Source: Bacilli bacterium
GTDB lineage: Bacteria > Bacillota_I > Bacilli_A > RFN20 > CAG-826
Assembly: GCA_024680795.1 (NCBI GenBank)
Contig: JAILBR010000063.1
Coordinates: 1-59,606, forward strand
Length of the DNA stretch: 59,606 bases
Reading direction: 5' to 3'
The translations under genes were made by a program, and so were the position numbers. The number at the start of each line of letters is the position of its first letter. Within the stretch, counting starts at the first letter, position 1. A model generated the notes under the pieces. It ran no database searches, was not told the origin of the DNA, and saw only the letters and a list, made by a program, of their open reading frames with translations. This document shows, piece after piece, positions 58,343-59,606 of the stretch.

Positions 58343-59500
58343 TTAAGCTTTGAATGCATCAGAAGATACATTAAATGTCATACCTAATTGGAATTTTGCT
58401 CCATCAGTATTTAAGCCACTCCACATTGGGACGGTGACAGCGGCATTCTTTGTGTAATAATATGATTTACCATCAGCTTTTGATCCAGCTGTTAATGCAG
58501 CAGTTGCAGCATAACGATCTGCATATTTTCCTTCAACATCAGATTCAGCAGCTGGTTTTTCAGCAGTAATGTGTTGGATTTCTTTTTGTAAGTTAGTGCT
58601 GTTTTCCCAACCTTCTAACCAAACTGTAACAACTAATTTAGAAGCATGGTCAGCGGTTGTAGGTGTAGTGACGATCAATTTACCAGCATCATCTGTAATA
58701 ACACCATTTGCGTCAGGTGTATTGATTAATGATGATGGAGCAATTGTTGTTTGAGTACGTGTATCTGTACCATATGTGACAACATCATCTCTATTAGCAG
58801 ACCATTCATAACCACCAATTCTATCAGCGATGCCGTCATCATCGCAGTCTAATTTGCCGAATAATGGGAGAGCAGCTTTTGCTGTTTTAGAAATCAAATA
58901 ATTTCTATCAGGCGAGACCGAAGTAGAATCATCGTAACATGCGATGTGAACTCTTAAACCTTCAGCAATAACACCAGAATCGACATTGTTTAATACGAAG
59001 TCTGTTAAATAGACTTTTTCAGCAGTTAATGTGAATCCACCAGTTGCATTATCAACAGTTCTGCCTCTTAAGTAGACAGTATATTGAATGTAATCAGTTG
59101 CGACTGCAGCTTGATAAACATCTGCGTATGCGCCAGGAGCATGTCCTCCTCCAGCGTCTTTTGCTGCTCTATTTAGAGCAGAGTTTGGGTTTTTATAGGC
59201 AGTACCTGATAAAGCACTGGAAGCGGTTTGATTTGCACCAGTTTCCCATGTGATTGGGGTAATGTTTAAATCAGTAGCAATGCCTAATTCTGAGGATGTT
59301 AAATCTCTTTTAAATCCTGTAGTTGCGCTTGTAGCACTGATATCAAGAACACCAGTTTCAGCAACGTTCATGCCGATTAAAGATGTTCTAACAGCGGTAT
59401 TGTATTGGTACCACGCAACAGTACCGGAAATCGCGCCAACTAATGACACGCCTAATGCGGTTGACAAGGAAGAGATAATAATCTTTTTACTAATTTTCAT
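58343..59500 (-). CDS. Secreted protein with SipW-class signal peptide (paralog 1, Ala/Thr-rich)
   Basis: GTVA|WYQYNT; DYIQYTV, GLRVHI, GKLDCDDDG, VWLEGWE, FQLGMTF. Confidence 0.78.
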   Translation of the reverse strand: MKISKKIIISSLSTALGVSLVGAISGTVAWYQYNTAVRTSLIGMNVAETGVLDISATSATTGFKRDLTSSELGIATDLNITPITWETGANQTASSALSGTAYKNPNSALNRAAKDAGGGHAPGAYADVYQAAVATDYIQYTVYLRGRTVDNATGGFTLTAEKVYLTDFVLNNVDSGVIAEGLRVHIACYDDSTSVSPDRNYLISKTAKAALPLFGKLDCDDDGIADRIGGYEWSANRDDVVTYGTDTRTQTTIAPSSLINTPDANGVITDDAGKLIVTTPTTADHASKLVVTVWLEGWENSTNLQKEIQHITAEKPAAESDVEGKYADRYAATAALTAGSKADGKSYYYTKNAAVTVPMWSGLNTDGAKFQLGMTFNVSSDAFKA

Positions 59501-59606
59501 ATGCGTTTATTTCAACTCCTAATTTTAATTTTGCACTTATAGGTGCTTCTTCTTCGATACTGGATTGAGGATCCCATCCTTCAAGCCAGAAGACGATTGT
59601 GTACCT
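59490..59606 (-). CDS. C-terminal fragment of a fifth paralog (5'-truncated by window edge; absent from ORF track)
   Basis: Manual translation RYTIVFWLEGWDPQSSIEEEAPISAKLKLGVEINAYEN*; the stop overlaps the next start by 11 nt. Confidence 0.8.
   Translation of the reverse strand, partial: RYTIVFWLEGWDPQSSIEEEAPISAKLKLGVEINAYEN

Noticed and set aside
291-59522. Numerous short ORFs in the track (e.g. 291-548, 1152-1367, 15102-15422, 18698-18913, 50433-50741, 59250-59522)
   Set aside because: They are antisense or out-of-frame shadows of well-supported genes; their Ser/Phe-rich composition simply mirrors Glu/Lys codons.
54333-59606. Type IV pilins or sortase-assembled pilins
   Set aside because: There is no class III G|FxxxE site before the hydrophobic helix and no LPxTG or C-terminal anchor; the predicted cleavage follows the hydrophobic helix.
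1-59606. Mycoplasma genetic code (TGA=Trp), prophage, IS elements, tRNA/rRNA genes
   Set aside because: Conserved genes translate full-length in code 11 and TGA serves as a stop (comEA, DUF2357 gene). No integrase, transposase, phage or structural RNA signatures were recognised.

Overview
AT-rich chromosomal window from a low-GC Bacillota (class Bacilli) bacterium, using genetic code 11 (TGA is a stop). An uncultured, reduced, anaerobic gut/rumen-type lineage is inferred from the gene content. Bases 1-43.8 kb are mostly housekeeping: lepA, fmt, rpsT, holA, comEA/comEC, greA, ruvX, alaS with an Ala T-box, an O2/NO detox cluster (flavodoxin, flavodiiron protein, and a rubredoxin missed by the ORF track), mnmA, dtd, pdp, rsmF, plsC, pullulanase, ftsK, RNase J and pnp. 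This part also holds a catalytically degenerate Fic-fold protein, also missed by the ORF track. The standout is a tightly coupled minus-strand operon of at least 15.7 kb (>59606 to 43866). It encodes at least five paralogous secreted proteins sharing an EGW[DE] motif (the four complete ones with SipW-class signal peptides; TasA/camelysin-like fibre subunits by inference), a membrane-anchored McrB-like AAA+ NTPase with no evident DNA-binding domain, a DUF2357/McrC-N-like partner with a long acidic tether and no evident nuclease, a SipW-type peptidase, an intact EAL phosphodiesterase, a pseudo-MTA/SAH nucleosidase and a large degenerate GGDEF-EAL sensor. I propose this is a c-di-GMP-linked surface-filament system that has co-opted a restriction-type motor. 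Family calls come from motif recognition only; no searches were run.
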